Shown: piece by piece, positions 41,102-54,620 of the stretch | Numbering within the stretch: position 1 is the stretch's first letter | How the letters are laid out: each line of letters starts with the position of its first letter | NCBI GenBank assembly: GCA_964016885.1 | Contig: OZ024749.1 | Coordinates: forward strand, 52,328,001-52,392,000 | Length of the DNA stretch: 64,000 nt | DNA from: Eledone cirrhosa | Lineage: Eukaryota | Reading direction: 5' to 3' | Notes under the pieces: model-generated | Told to the model about the DNA's origin: nothing | What the model saw: only the letters and a program-made list of their open reading frames with translations | Databases searched by the model: none | Translations under genes and position numbers: made by a program

Positions 41102-41559
41102 ATTTATATATATATATATATGCATGTATATTTATATATATATATATATGCATGTATATTTATATATATATATATATGCATGTATATTTATATATATATA
41201 TGCATGTATATTTATATATATATATGCATGTATATTTATATATATATATGCATGTATATTTATATATATATATGCATGTATATTTATATATATATATGCA
41301 TGTATATTTATATATATATATGCATGTATATTTATATATATATATGTATGTATATTTATATATATATATGTATGTATATTTATATATATGTATGTATGTA
41401 TATTTATATATATGTATGTATATTTATATATATGTATGTATATTTATATATATATATATATGTATGTATATTTATATATATGTATGTATATTTATATATA
41501 TGTATGTATATTTATATATATATATATGTATGTATATTTATATATATATATATATATAT
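41008..41559. repeat. Compound TA-rich minisatellite
   Basis: TGCATGTATATTTATATATATATA units. Confidence 0.9.
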
Positions 41560-42685
41560 TGAGAATATTTATTCATTAATAATAACAATAATAATAAATT
41601 AGTAATAATATAAATAATAATTCTTTAACTCTCACAAGTTAATAACTGATTAGCTTCTCGCCATTGAAGTAGTCTACAGACTGAGACATTCTAGGTTCCC
41701 TAGATTATTATTATTAATAGTAATAGTGGTGTTGGTACTAGTTAGTAGTAGTAGTAGTGCTAATGGTGGTACTAGTACTAGTTGTAGTGGTAGTAGTTTT
41801 AGTTAGTGGTAGTAATAGTAATGGTGGTAGTAGTAGTCTGTAATTTGCAGAGCAGTAGTAGTAGTGGTGGTAGTAGTAGTAGTAGTGGTAGTAGTGTTGA
41901 TGATTCTGGTGGGTTCTGTCTGGCGGACATTAAGTCAATTCTCTCATCTTGAGATATTCAACTCATATCCCAAGGTCCCATTATTATATTTGAGGAGGAG
42001 GAGAGGGGTGCCCTTTTTGGGTGCTCTTGAAGCCTCGAGTGGTTTAGGATTGGTGGGGTACCCGAGTCGCCCCTCTGTGGTTCTCCCCCCCCCCCCTACC
42101 GAGGAATTCTATTGTTACAATTTTATTTTTAATTGTTTGTGTCAATCTGTTCAACCCCCCCCCCCCCGCTGCCTTTTTGTATTGTCACCTAGATGTAGGC
42201 CCTAGTGGCCAATAAAGAAATTATTATTATCTCCCCTGTCGCCACCTTCACTCTACAGGGAACTGATCCTGTTGATGTTTCTTCAAGTTTCTATCATCAC
42301 TTCAGTGATGCCCTTCCCTTCCCTTTTCTTTACTTGATGTGAACCCCCCTCCTGTGTTGTGTTTGTCCCTCAATGTCTTGGGCCCCATGTGTCTGCCCCC
42401 GATAAAAAAAAAAAATGACTATCTAGTAACCCTCGGTGGTTTCCCCACTATTGGGGAATTTTTTTTTTTTTTTTTGGCAGGGGTGGAGGGGGGTTACATC
42501 TTTTGTTTTCGTTCTTCCTTTTAAACACACAGAAACCTAGATTTGTACCGTCAATGTTTTTCTTTGTCAACCCTTGTGGTCAATAAAGAAATCATTTTTA
42601 TTATTATTATCATCATTTTCATTATCATTATTATTATCATTTTTTATATATATCATTTTTTTTTTACACACAGAAATGTCCATTT

Positions 42686-43200
42686 GTACCGTCCTGTACT
42701 GTCCTGTGCCGTCCTTTACTGTCCTGTACCGTCCTGTACTGTCCTGTGCCGTCCTTTACTGTCCTGTACTGTCCTGTGCCGTCCTTTACTGTCCTGTGCC
42801 GTCCTGTACTGTCCTGTGCCGTCCTTTACTGTCCTGTACTGTCCTGTGCCGTCCTTTACTGTCCTGTGCCGTCCTGTACTGTCCTGTGCCGTCCTTTACT
42901 GTCCTGTACCGTCCTGTACTGTCCTGTGCCGTCCTTTACTGTCCTGTACTGTCCTGTACCGTCCTTTACTGTCCCGTACCGTCCTGTACTGTCCCGTACC
43001 ATCCTGTACCGTCCTGTACCGTCCTGTATTGTCCTGTACCGTCCTGTATTGTCCTGTACCGTCCTGTACCGTCCTGTATTGTCCTGTACCGTCCTGTACC
43101 GTCCTGTATTGTCCTGTACTGTCCTGTACTGTCCTGTGCCGTCCTTTACTGTCCTGTACCGTCCCGTCCCGTCCTGTACTGTCCTGTACTGTCCTGTACT
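42686..43200. repeat. 10-bp minisatellite
   Basis: GTCCTGTACT / GTCCTGTGCC / GTCCTTTACT units. Confidence 0.95.
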
Positions 43201-43699
43201 TAATGTTATACTTTATGTCAACCCTTGTGGTCAATAAAAAAAACCATTATTATTATCATCATTACCATTATCATTATTATTATCATTATTATGCATAAGT
43301 AATTAAGAGATTGTTGATTCCTAAATGGTTAATTAAGTAATTATTTGGTTAATTGGTATAATCAGAAATGTAGAGATTCTTGCAATGGAAACAGAAAAGA
43401 ATGGACATTGCGCTGTGTCAGCAAATTGACAAAAAAAGTAACTAGCATTTATGTTACTAAATACTATATAGATAATATATGTAAATATATGTAAATATAT
43501 GTAAATATATGTTGTAATGCCAATGTTTTATAAGTAGGTATGCCAACAAAATAGAGAAATATTATTCAGATGAAGCAGTAAATGTAGAAAGATTTTAGGA
43601 GTTGAGATTCTATATTATCAGTGTATATATACACTGCATCACTTATCACAACCCATCTATACATCTATATACACACACCATATATATATAGTGTGTATA

Positions 43700-44166
43700 T
43701 AGATAGGATAGTATAGATAGTGTGTGTAAATAGATGGGGTATGTATAGATGGGGTGTATATATATTGTGTGTGTATATAGATGGGATGTATATAGAGATG
43801 GGATGTGTATATAGATGGGATGTGTATATAGATGGGATGTGTATATTGATGGGATGTGTATATTGATGGGATGTGTATATTGATGGAATGTATATATAGA
43901 TGGAGTGTATATATGGAGTGTATATATGGTGTGTATATAGATGGTGTGTATATATGGTGTGTATATAGATGGTGTGTATATAGATGGTGTGTATATAGAT
44001 GGTGTGTGTATCTATGGTGTGTATATAGATGGTGTGTATATAGATGGTGTGTATATAGATGGCGTGTATATAGATGGTGTGTATATAGATGGAGTGTATA
44101 TATATGGAGTGTATATAGATGGTGTGTATATATAGATGGGGTGTATATATGGTGTGTATATAGATG
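43700..44166. repeat. ~16-bp degenerate repeat
   Basis: GATGGTGTGTATATA(TA) units. Confidence 0.85.
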
Positions 44167-44579
44167 TAAAACGCTACATATGAGAAGATTAGAGGGAAGA
44201 TTTAATATAACATTAAATAGTGTTTTAGTTTTACTGTTTAGTAAAAGGGGACAGGGTGAAGGGCCAGTACCTATAGGGCTTCTGAAACAGGTTTCAGGGA
44301 GGAAGGTATGCTGTTAGACAGGGTGACCTATTGAGTCTACCACCCAAGGACCAAGTGCTAGTGTTAGACAGGGTGACCTATTAAGTCTACCACCCTGTAT
44401 GGTGTTTTATTTTTATGAAGAACTACATAATGTTTAAAATGTATTATTATTCCAATTTGATGAAGTTCCACTGAATACAGAGGTGAAAGTTTGTGGGAGA
44501 GAAGTTACTAAACGAACCATGGTAATATTTAGAGTGAATCAGATTTATAAACTGTTTTTATATATTTCAAATAGTTACA

Positions 44580-44928
44580 GACTGGTTCTAGTAAGAACTG
44601 GTTCTAATAAGGACTGGTTCTAATAAGGACTGGTTCTAGTAAGAACTGGTTCTAGTAAGAATTAGTTCTAATAAAAACTAGTACTAGTATGGACTAGTTC
44701 TAGTAAGAACTAGTTCTAGTAAGGATTGGTTCTAGTAAAAACTAGTTCCAGTATGGACAAGTTCTACTGAGAACCAGTGCTAGTAAGAACTAGTTCTAGT
44801 AAGAACTAGTTCTAGTAAGAACTAGTTCTAGTAAGAACTAGTTCTAGTAAGAACTAGTTCTAGTAAGAACTAGTTCTAGTAAGAACTAGTTCTAGTAAAA
44901 ACTGGTTCTAGTAAAAACTGGTTCTAGA
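44580..44928. repeat. 16-bp minisatellite with palindromic core
   Basis: Unit AGTAAGAACTAGTTCT containing the palindrome AGAACTAGTTCT. Confidence 0.9.
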
Positions 44929-45006
44929 CTTTGGTAGATATAAGGAGAAGAATTATATGAGAGGAAAGATCCAGTTAGATGACAGAGTAAACAATATTTT
45001 TAGCAA

Positions 45007-45520
45007 ATGATGGTTGTTGATGTTGGTGCTGGTGATGGTGTGTGTGGTGGTGGTTATGGTGTTGGTGGTGTAGGTTTTGGTGGTGTAGGTGTTGGTGGTG
45101 TTGTTGGTGGTGTTAATGGTGTTGGTGGTGTAGGTTTTGGTGGTGTTGGTGGTGTAGGTGTTGGTGGTGTTGTTGGTGATGTCAGTGTTGGTGGTGTAGG
45201 TTTTGGTGTTGGTGGTGTTAATGGTGTCAGTGTTGGTGGTGTAGGTGTTGGTGGTGTAGGTGTTGGTGGTGTAGGTGTTGGTAGTGTCAGTGTTGGTGGT
45301 GTCAGTGTTGGTGGTGTCAGTGTTGGTGGTGTAGGTGTTGGTGGTTGTAGGTGTTGGTGGTTGTAGGTGTTAGTGGTGTAGGTGGTGTCAGTGTTGGTGG
45401 TGTAGGTGTTGGTGGTGTAGGTGGTGTAGGTGTTGGTGGTTTTGGTGTTGGTGGTGTTAATGGTGTTGGTGGTGTCAGTGTTGGTGGTGTAGGTGTTGGT
45501 GGTGTAGGTGTTGGTGGTTG
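45007..45520. repeat. (GGT/GTT)n low-complexity tract
   Basis: GGTGTTGGTGGTGTA units. Confidence 0.9.
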
Positions 45521-45783
45521 TAGCACAAGTCTTTCAGTAGTTATACAACATTTTATGGTATATTTATAACATGGTCAAATTTTGAAAGATATTTTAAATA
45601 TAATACTTTGAAGATAATCTGGTAGTTAGGATTATTAACTTGTTTCTCAATCATATATATTTATGAGAGGAACTTATTAATAAGTGTGGTGATGTTCTGC
45701 AGTTTGTGAGACATTCTTAATAGCAAATACTAAAATATTCTCCCAGGATAACTCTGAATTTTCAACACTGATTCAAATTCATG

Positions 45784-45789
45784 TTTATT
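45784..45789 (-). terminator. Candidate polyadenylation signal of the tetraspanin 3' UTR
   Basis: AATAAA on the minus strand ~1.6 kb after the stop. A proximal AATAAA also lies at 47324-47329; AT-rich DNA gives many chance hits. Confidence 0.25.
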
Positions 45790-45857
45790 GTGTGTGTTTG
45801 AAAATGTATGTTTATCACAATTCTATGTATGTATGCGCATGTAAGTGTGTGTGTGTG

Positions 45858-45899
<42 letters not shown>

Positions 45900-45929
45900 T
45901 GTGTAAGGTAAATAAATAGAACATATGAC

Positions 45930-45963
<34 letters not shown>

Positions 45964-46085
45964 GCTCAGAATCTGTTCCTTGAGCTTATTGGATTGTTGG
46001 GGATTAATGTGAGTTTTTAACTTGACCCTTTGATTTTATATATATATATATATATTATGAATGGATTTGTAATAAATGAAAATAA

Positions 46086-46138
<53 letters not shown>

Positions 46139-47365
46139 TGTAAATGGAAAATGTTTCAATTAATACCAGTTGTAAACATTTTACTTCAAAACTGACTGAA
46201 GCTGGGAACTTAGAAGGGTTCAGATTTCAAAAACGCATAAGAAAAAAAAAAGAAAAAAAGGAGGAAGTAAAGAAAACAGACCCTTAAGATTACAACAACA
46301 ACAACAACAATAATAATAATAATAATAATAATAAAGTAAGATTGTCTAATTAATGAGGAGGAAAAATGCCAACAGTTTTATCAATAATGTAAAGTTTACA
46401 TGCCCACAGATGGAGATATAAGTAAAAGATTTCTATAGCATGTAATGATATATATATATATTACATTATGTATATGTGTGTGTATATATATATATATATT
46501 ACATTATGTATATGTGTGTATATATATATTACATTATGTATATGTGTGTATATATATATATATTACATTATATGATATACTTCATATTATATATATATAT
46601 ATATATATAACATTATGTATATCCATATATATATTACATTATGTATATGTATACATATATATATATATCTTACATTATGTATATGTGTATACATATATAT
46701 ATTACATTATGTATATGTGTATACATATATATATATATTACATTATGTATATGTATACATACATATATATATATATATATCTTACATTATATACACAGGT
46801 AAATGAAGGTGGGTAATGTGCAGTAGCAGTGCAATAATTAAGCAACAATAAAAGTTGTAAGATTAATAAACAGTTTGAGAAAAATTGATGTCAAATTAAT
46901 TAATTAATAAAGTCTGCTGCAATAGATTAAGCTGGATTTATAAAGAGAGAGAGAGGGGAGGGGAGAGGAGAGAGAGGGGAGAGGAGAGAGAGAGAGGGGA
47001 GGGGAGAGGAGGGGAGAGGAGGGGAGAGGAGAGGAGGGGAGAGGAGAGGAGGGGATGGGGAGAGGAGAGGAGGGGAGAGGAGAGGAGAGAGGGGAGGAGG
47101 GGTGGTGGGGGCGTCACAAGACTGAGAAGAAATAACTGAAAAATAAAACAACAAACAAACAAACGAAAAAAAAAAAAAAACAGGAAAGATTTCAACAGGA
47201 TCTTCACTTTGGTTTGGTTTTTAGCAGGTTTGAGCAGGTAGCTTGTATCAGAAAAGAGTGTAGGTAAAGATGCCAGAATTTCCAAGAGTCATCGAAATAA
47301 ATGAAGCTTGTAATGGCTTTCATTTTATTCAGCTTTTAGCTATGAAGAAGTTTTCTTCTTCTTCT

Positions 47366-47437
47366 TCAGGCTACTTGTTCATATTTCGCCTTGTTGATGC
47401 TCTTGGCCAAACAACAGGCAAGGATGGCTCCCAGGAG
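47366..47437 (-). CDS. TSPAN7: Tetraspanin coding exon 7 (TM4 end, cytoplasmic tail, stop)
   Basis: Acceptor [30 protein letters not shown] then TGA. Contains a YxxPhi motif (YEQV) and juxtamembrane Cys pair. Confidence 0.93.
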   Translation of the reverse strand, partial: LLGAILACCLAKSINKAKYEQVA

Positions 47438-47458
47438 CTGGAATAAATAGAGAGAGAT

Positions 47459-47482
47459 GTATATAAATATATATATAAATAA

Positions 47483-47543
<61 letters not shown>

Positions 47544-47854
47544 TATATATATATAAATAAATAAATATATATATATAAATAAATATATATATATATATAA
47601 ATAAATATATATATATATATAAATAAATATATATATATATATAAATAAATATATATATATAAATAAATAAATATATATATATAAATAAATAAATAAATAT
47701 ATATATATATATAAATAAATATATATATATATATAAATAAATATATATATATAAATAAAAAAATATATATATATAAATAAATAAATAAATATATATATAT
47801 ATATAAATAAATATATATATATAAATAAATAAATATATATATATAAATAAATAA

Positions 47855-47885
<31 letters not shown>

Positions 47886-47954
47886 TATATATATATAAAT
47901 ATATATAAATAAATATATATAAATAAATATATATATATATAAATAAATATATAT

Positions 47955-48001
<47 letters not shown>

Positions 48002-48034
48002 ATATATATATATATAAATAAATATATATAAATA

Positions 48035-48094
<60 letters not shown>

Positions 48095-48155
48095 TATATA
48101 TATATAAATAAATATATATAAATAAATATATATATATAAATAAATATATATATAT

Positions 48156-48188
<33 letters not shown>

Positions 48189-48472
48189 AATATATATATA
48201 TAAATAAATATATATATATGAATAAATATATATATATATATAAATAAATATATATATATATAAATAAATATATATATATAAATAAATATATATATATAAA
48301 TAAATATATATATAAATAATATATATAAATAAATATATATATACATATATATATATAAATATACATATATATATATAAATAAATATATATATATATACAT
48401 ATATATATATAAATATAAATATATATATATATACAAATAAATATATATATATAAATATATATATATATAAAT

Positions 48473-48543
<71 letters not shown>

Positions 48544-48728
48544 AATATATATATATATAAATATATATATATATAAATATACACATAAGCAAACACCCAC
48601 CCACACACACACACACATAAGCAAACACACACATGCACACATGTCTACAAACACACATATGCGCAAACACTCACACATATGTACAAACACATATACACAC
48701 ATGTGCAAACACACACATATATACACAC
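47459..48728. repeat. (TA)n/(TAAA) and CA-rich tract filling tetraspanin intron 6
   Basis: Direct inspection. Confidence 0.95.
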
Positions 48729-48761
48729 CTGGTTTCATCAGAAATATATTCCAATATTTAC

Positions 48762-48845
48762 CTGAAAGAAGGATATTCCCAGGATGACGCCACCAATCAA
48801 TCCAAGGTTACCATTCATGAAATCCACAACTTTCCGATAACAACC
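48762..48845 (-). CDS. TSPAN7: Tetraspanin coding exon 6 (GC motif, TM4)
   Basis: Acceptor TTTGTAG, 84 nt: [28 protein letters not shown], donor GTAAAT. Confidence 0.95.
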
Positions 48846-49333
48846 CTACAAACAGGCAAGACATTTATCAGTAAAATAATTGTTTCTAAAATTTGGCACA
48901 AGGCCAGCAATTATCCAGTGCATTACAAAAGACAATGTGTATTTGTCCATCACACACTCACTAGAGATGACTGAGGAGGGAAGAGGTGATGACAAACTTT
49001 TTATATTATGTATAGATATTACAATTAGCTGTCATTTTTGATGGCACAGGGCCAGCTAGTTATTATAATTAATATAAATTTAAAATAACCCTAGAAAGCA
49101 GCAAGATATTTATAATTATTATAACTAATATAAATATAAAATATTAGCTTCATTAACTCTTAATTAGCAAGACTTTCTTTAAAAGTACAAAACAACACTA
49201 TGACTGATTCATATTAGACATTAAAGTCCTTAGTTTACTGCAAATGTACATACATATATAACACATACACACACATAAATATATATATATATATATACAT
49301 AGACATATATATATATATACACACATACAGACA

Positions 49334-49383
<50 letters not shown>

Positions 49384-49698
49384 CATACAGACATATACAT
49401 ATATATACACACATACAGACAGACATATATATATATACACATACAGACATATATATATATATATATATATATATACATGACATATATACATATATTACAT
49501 ACAAATATAACATACACACAACTATTTATAAATCCCTCCCTTATATCGTCTTTGTTTTGATAGGACTGAAACCCATATTATTAAGACACCCAAGAAATAT
49601 CCTATGAAATGTTATAAGTCAGCTAACCCTAGACAAGTGTGGACCATAATAACAACAACAACAATATTGTTTGTTGTTAAATTATGAACAACCAGTAC

Positions 49699-49851
49699 CT
49701 GTTGGAATATATCACTTGAATTATCACGTGGAAGTCGATTATCACATTTATCATGGTTTTGACAGCAACTTTGCGGCAACATATCAGGGTTTGCTTCACT
49801 CCATTTTGTTTTCAGCCAGTCTTTGTAGCTATTTATACCACAGCAGTCCAG
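49699..49851 (-). CDS. TSPAN7: Tetraspanin coding exon 5 (EC2 CCG and PxSCC)
   Basis: Acceptor GTCTAG, 153 nt: LDCCGINSYKDWLKTKWSEANPDMLPQSCCQNHDKCDNRLPRDNSSDIFQQ, donor GTACTG. Diagnostic CCG, DW and PxSCC. Confidence 0.95.
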
Positions 49852-50560
49852 CTAGACCAAAACAAAAACAAAAAAATAGACAAGTTGACAAAAGAAACTC
49901 TATTTAATAATAAAATATTATGGTTTGAAAAATTACTTATGCTTTTTTTTAATTTTTTTTTACTTAAAAATCAATCAGGAAAGTATTTTAATTGTGTAAA
50001 TCTACACCAACCACAACAACGGCACAGGTGATGTATATTGCTGCGGAAACTAGAGAGGTATAAAGTTGACAGAGGTCTCTGCTCCATAATCTGTTGGTGT
50101 AAAACAGAGGCACAGATTTTTTTTCAGCCACCCAAGGACCAGATAGGGGTGCTGGTGTTAAACAGAAGGACATAATTAAGTCTTACAGTCACCCAAGAAC
50201 CAGAAAGGGGTGCTGGTGTTAAACAGAATGACAAATTAAGTCTTACAGCCACCCAAGGACCATATAGGGGTGATGGTGTTAAACAGAGTCTTCAAGTCAC
50301 CCAAGTAGTATAACTTCAAGACCTTCGATCTCTCCCAATAACTCATATATTGTATGTAATCCATCATATGTGTAGGTCTTTTGTATTGTCTCTAGTTTAA
50401 CAGTGAGATTAATAATATAAATAATAAATAACAATGATAATTAGAAGCAATAATCTAGACTACTGGGAACCTTTAGTGCTCTTGTTTTAAATATTCTCAG
50501 GATTCTTCCAGTTATAATTCAAAGACCAATAATCATAGATTAATCAGTGAAAATACTCAC

Positions 50561-50662
50561 AGATTTCTGCAAGCCATCAATGGCGTTGTTAGTGGTAGCA
50601 TAGTTGTCGTCGTCATAGTGGTCTAAAGCAGTACGTAAACCAATTCGAAAACCTTTTTCAAG
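50561..50662 (-). CDS. TSPAN7: Tetraspanin coding exon 4 (EC2 helices A/B)
   Basis: Acceptor TTCTCAG, 102 nt: LEKGFRIGLRTALDHYDDDNYATTNNAIDGLQKS (D-x-L-Q motif), donor GTGAGT. Confidence 0.93.
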
Positions 50663-50705
50663 CTGAGAAGAATAAAAGATATAAAAATAAGAATTCAAAA
50701 TAAAT

Positions 50706-50886
50706 TAATTGTTTCTACTTTTGGCACAAGGCCAGCAATTACCCAGTACATTACTGGTACTTTATTTTATCGACCTCGTAAGGATGAAAGGCAAAGTTAA
50801 CCTTGGCAGGATTTGAACTCAGATCGTAAAGGGACGTAACTGTGCTGCAAAGCATGTCCAACCCTCTACCAATACTGCCAATCCAC
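50706..50886 (-). mobile_element. SINE family B in tetraspanin intron 3
   Basis: Same as 38898 copy; ends ~45 nt from the exon 4 acceptor. Confidence 0.75.
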
Positions 50887-51504
50887 TAATGCGTGTATGT
50901 ATATGTATGTGTGTGTGTGTGGATGAATATATTGATATATAATATAACTATATATACACAGGGTGTCCCCCAAAAATGTATACACACTTTCATTAGAATG
51001 CTGTTGAAGTGTGTATACGCAAACCTTCCATCTCAATTTTACTTTTGAAAATCATAAGAACTGTGAAACCAGTAAAGTAAATAAATAAATATTCTTAAAA
51101 GACTCCAGTTGCATTTTCAATTTCTTTTCTTATACTTTCACCCATGTGGGACAACTTTTGAAAAAAGCTTATTTTCTTATATATATAAAACATAAAATAG
51201 ATATGAGGTCAGCATCTCTTTATAAAACATTTTCAATTAACCCCATTTCCCAACACCAGTGAATGTTTCTACATATATTTCTATAGAGCAAAGCAGTTAT
51301 TACAAGACCAACAACTCGGGGCTCAGTCTGTATTTCTACTGAGACCAGCTGAAGTATAAAACTGTTAGTAGTTGCCTCCCTTGTTTCTTGAGTCAGAAAA
51401 CAAAGTTAGCTATCGTCTAACATTAATAGTGGAACCTCAGTTCACGAACGACTCTCATCACGAACAAATCAGTTCATGGACGAAAGAGAGAGAGAGAAGA
51501 TTAC

Positions 51505-51579
51505 CTTATTCTTGAAGATGAATCCAGCAATACCAGTACTGAGTTCCACCACAAAGACAACAACCAAGAATCCAGAGTA
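51505..51579 (-). CDS. TSPAN7: Tetraspanin coding exon 3 (TM3)
   Basis: Acceptor TTTTCAG, 75 nt: YSGFLVVVFVVELSTGIAGFIFKNK with the conserved intramembrane Glu, donor GTAATC. Confidence 0.95.
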
Positions 51580-51796
51580 CTGAAAATAGAATCAAAATAG
51601 AATCAAATAAAAACTGTTTAGGAGAGCAGTAACTGCCAGGTAATAACTTACCTGGTTGGTGAAGACTTATTTAATCCATGTTGTCATGGAAAACAGGTGC
51701 AAAATGATGATGGTGGTGGTGATGATTATGCTAATGATGTACAATTACTTAACTTACAAACAGATATAGTTTATAAGATAGCCATATATATATATC

Positions 51797-51839
<43 letters not shown>

Positions 51840-52178
51840 AATAATGAGCTGCGCGTTGCAAATGGGGTACATATGAAAAAGTAAGTCCTTCATCAGTGAC
51901 CCTCCAACCGTCCCAGGCATTTCATCGCTTTAAGGGCCATATGCCTCAGGTTGGTGCGAACAACGGCTAAAAAAAGTCGTTGGGACACGTAAATAAAGGG
52001 GACGTAGGGTGAACAAACAAAATGGTTTAAGCAACGGAAAGTGAGAAGAAAGAGACAAGTCCCAGATTTCTATGAATATAAACTCGGTGAAATCGTGAAC
52101 AAGAGACAAAAGACCATCAAACCTGGTTGAAATGTGAGCAAGGAAGGAATTTCGCACAGGTCTAACGGGGGGAAGAAG

Positions 52179-52216
<38 letters not shown>

Positions 52217-52530
52217 TGTATGTATGTACATATATCATCATCACCGTTTTACGCCCATTCTTCCATGCTAACATATAGTGTGATAGAACAATCACGCAAC
52301 CACGATCTCCATTGAAATATGTATCACAGCTTTGTTAATAAAGGATTTTTAAACATCTACACTGCACTTTGCATTTTCCTTATTCTCTCTCTCGAGCAGC
52401 CAGTTGTAGAAACCTTGCCAAAATCAGTTCTGTATGAGCAAGACATGGTCACCTGACTTGACACTGCTCACAACAGGATAACTCATCTAACTCATGTTAG
52501 CATGGAAAAATGGATGTTAAACGGTGATGA

Positions 52531-52564
<34 letters not shown>

Positions 52565-52582
52565 TGTGTGGTGTGTATATAT

Positions 52583-52808
52583 ATATCATCATCATCATCG
52601 TTTAACGTCTATCTTCCACACTAGCATGGGTTAGACGGGAATTGCCCCACTTGAGGCAAGATTGGTCGGGTGACCGTGTCTCGCCGTATAGGACTATCTG
52701 GCAGGTTTCCTACGGCTGGATGCCCTTCCTAACACCAACCACATTTACAGTGTGGACTGGGAGCTTTTTACCGTGTTACCTACACGGCCACATTACAGCG
52801 TGGACTGT
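52583..52808 (-). mobile_element. Family A retroposon with (ATG)n tail
   Basis: catcatcat..tttaacgtc..ttcca..ctagcatggg..ggatgcccttcctaacaccaacc. Other copies near 1170, 3650, 4155, 10835, 17297, 18114, 32093, 52398, 57770 and 62520. Confidence 0.75.
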
Positions 52809-52854
52809 ATTTTTTTTTTCATTTTTTTTACATATATATATAGAATCTACTTAC

Positions 52855-53043
52855 AACGTAAAGCAAGCATGAATTGCCTTTAACAGTACAGCAACATCCA
52901 ATGGATCCAACTAGGACAATGACAGCACCAACTCCAATGAGAACATAAGGAGCTTCTTTATAGTACAATGTGGACAATTCCATGTAGAGATATAACTGCA
53001 CTTTTGTCCATATCCCAATAGCAAGAATGGTAATGCCAGTAAT
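52855..53043 (-). CDS. TSPAN7: Tetraspanin coding exon 2 (TM1 end, EC1, TM2)
   Basis: Acceptor TTTCCAG, 189 nt: ITGITILAIGIWTKVQLYLYMELSTLYYKEAPYVLIGVGAVIVLVGSIGCCCTVKGNSCLLYV, donor GTAAGT. APYVLIG and GC motifs typical of TSPAN6/7. Confidence 0.95.
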
Positions 53044-53140
53044 CTGGAAATTACAAACAATGGTTTTAATAGAAATTTTTCTCTTACATCAGTTATATAA
53101 CAACAACAATAACAACAAGTATTTTAACGCTATTTCCCCT

Positions 53141-53438
53141 CAACTTTCGCATCCATCCACTCAACTTTCGTATCCATCCACTCAACTTTCGTATCCATCC
53201 ACTCAACTTTCGTATCCATCCACTCAACTTTCGCATCCATCCACTCAACTTTCGCATCCATCCACTCAACTTTCGCATCCATCCACTCAACTTTCGCATC
53301 CATCCACTCAACTTTCGCATCCATCCACTCAACTTTCGCATCCATCCACTCAACTTTCGTATCCATCCACTCAACTTTCGTATCCATACACTCAACTTTC
53401 GTAACCATCCACTCAACTTTCGTAACCATCCACTCAAC
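53141..53438. repeat. 21-bp minisatellite, ~14 copies
   Basis: Unit CAACTTTCGYATCCATCCACT, ~100 nt from the exon 2 acceptor. Confidence 0.95.
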
Positions 53439-53579
53439 GTTGAAGTCTTCTACCAAATTGTTATCAAGAAAACATTCCCTGTGACAATCAGTGCATGAAT
53501 ACCTCTTAAAGTTAATATAGAATAACAGATTTGATATAACCCCAACCTGGTATTACAGCAATAACAACTAATCAGAGCA

Positions 53580-53836
53580 GAGCATAGATAGCTTGACATA
53601 GATAGGTTAACATAAATAGGTTTACATGGATAGGTTAATATAGATAGGTTAATATAGATAGTTTAACAGAGATAGCTTAACAGAGATAGCTTAACAGAGA
53701 TAGCTTAACAGAGATAGCTTAACAGAGATAGCTTAACAGAGATAGCTTAACAGAGATAGCTTAACAGAGATAGCTTAACAGAACTAGCTTAACAGAGATA
53801 GTTTAACAGAGATAGCTTAACAGAGATAGCTTAACA
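53580..53836. repeat. 14-bp minisatellite
   Basis: Unit AACAGAGATAGCTT, degenerate on the left. Confidence 0.9.
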
Positions 53837-54620
53837 ATCATTTGACTGTGACAAAAGATTGTGTTCTTTTATTGAATAGGAGAAAAGTCATTGTGACAGA
53901 AATATTGCATGTGTGGTTTGATATTATTGATGATTGCTGACACAGATATAAGCCAAAGTCTGGTCCTCATAAACCTTTCATTACTATATTTCTAGTGAAA
54001 GACACTGTCTATGTCTTTAACCCCTTCATTATCATATTTCTAGTGAAAGACACTGTCTATGTCATTAACCCTATCATCACCATGTTTCTATTGAAAGATG
54101 CTGCCTATGTCTTTAAAATCCTGGTTTCCATGGCGTGAAGCGACAGAGTACAAGACACCAGTCTATCACAGGGTTAAAACCCTAGCTATCACTGCTCGTA
54201 CTTATTTTCAGCTGAGTTTACTGGAGCAACATGTGTTTTGTTCAAGAAAACAACACACAATCCAGTCCAGGAATGAAACCCATGACATTATGATCATAAG
54301 TCCAACACCCTTACCACTAGGCCATGTGCCTCCACATGGAATTACATAACTACCATCAATTGCTCTGAAACAATTGTAAAACAATGGATTAACTTCTTCA
54401 CCTTACCATATTCTTTCATTGTTTAACTTCATCTAACTCTGTAGATTTGAACAGTCAACATCACATTTCAAAGATATCATATTTCTATCAAAAACAGATC
54501 TCACTTTACATCAATGGGATATTCACATCAACACCACATTGAGTTGTTAATGAGAATGAAAATTATTGTGTACAATGCAACATCCAGTCCAAACTAATGA
54601 GGTCGTGTAGGTGTCACGAC

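Noticed and set aside
50959-51020. Tc1/mariner-like end CAGGGTGTCCCCCAAAAATGTATACAC (similar at ~34154)
   Set aside because: Solo ends in the same orientation with no partner TIR or transposase; insufficient to delimit an element.
51845-51930. UCACUGAUGA(A/G)GGACU motif here (minus) and at 58361-58377 (plus)
   Set aside because: Probably a related repeat, but no correctly placed GAAA or closing helices, so not called a ribozyme.
53027-53456. Heptad-repeat ORFs (LSHPSTQ / KLSGWMR)
   Set aside because: Product of the intronic 21-bp minisatellite, open on both strands.
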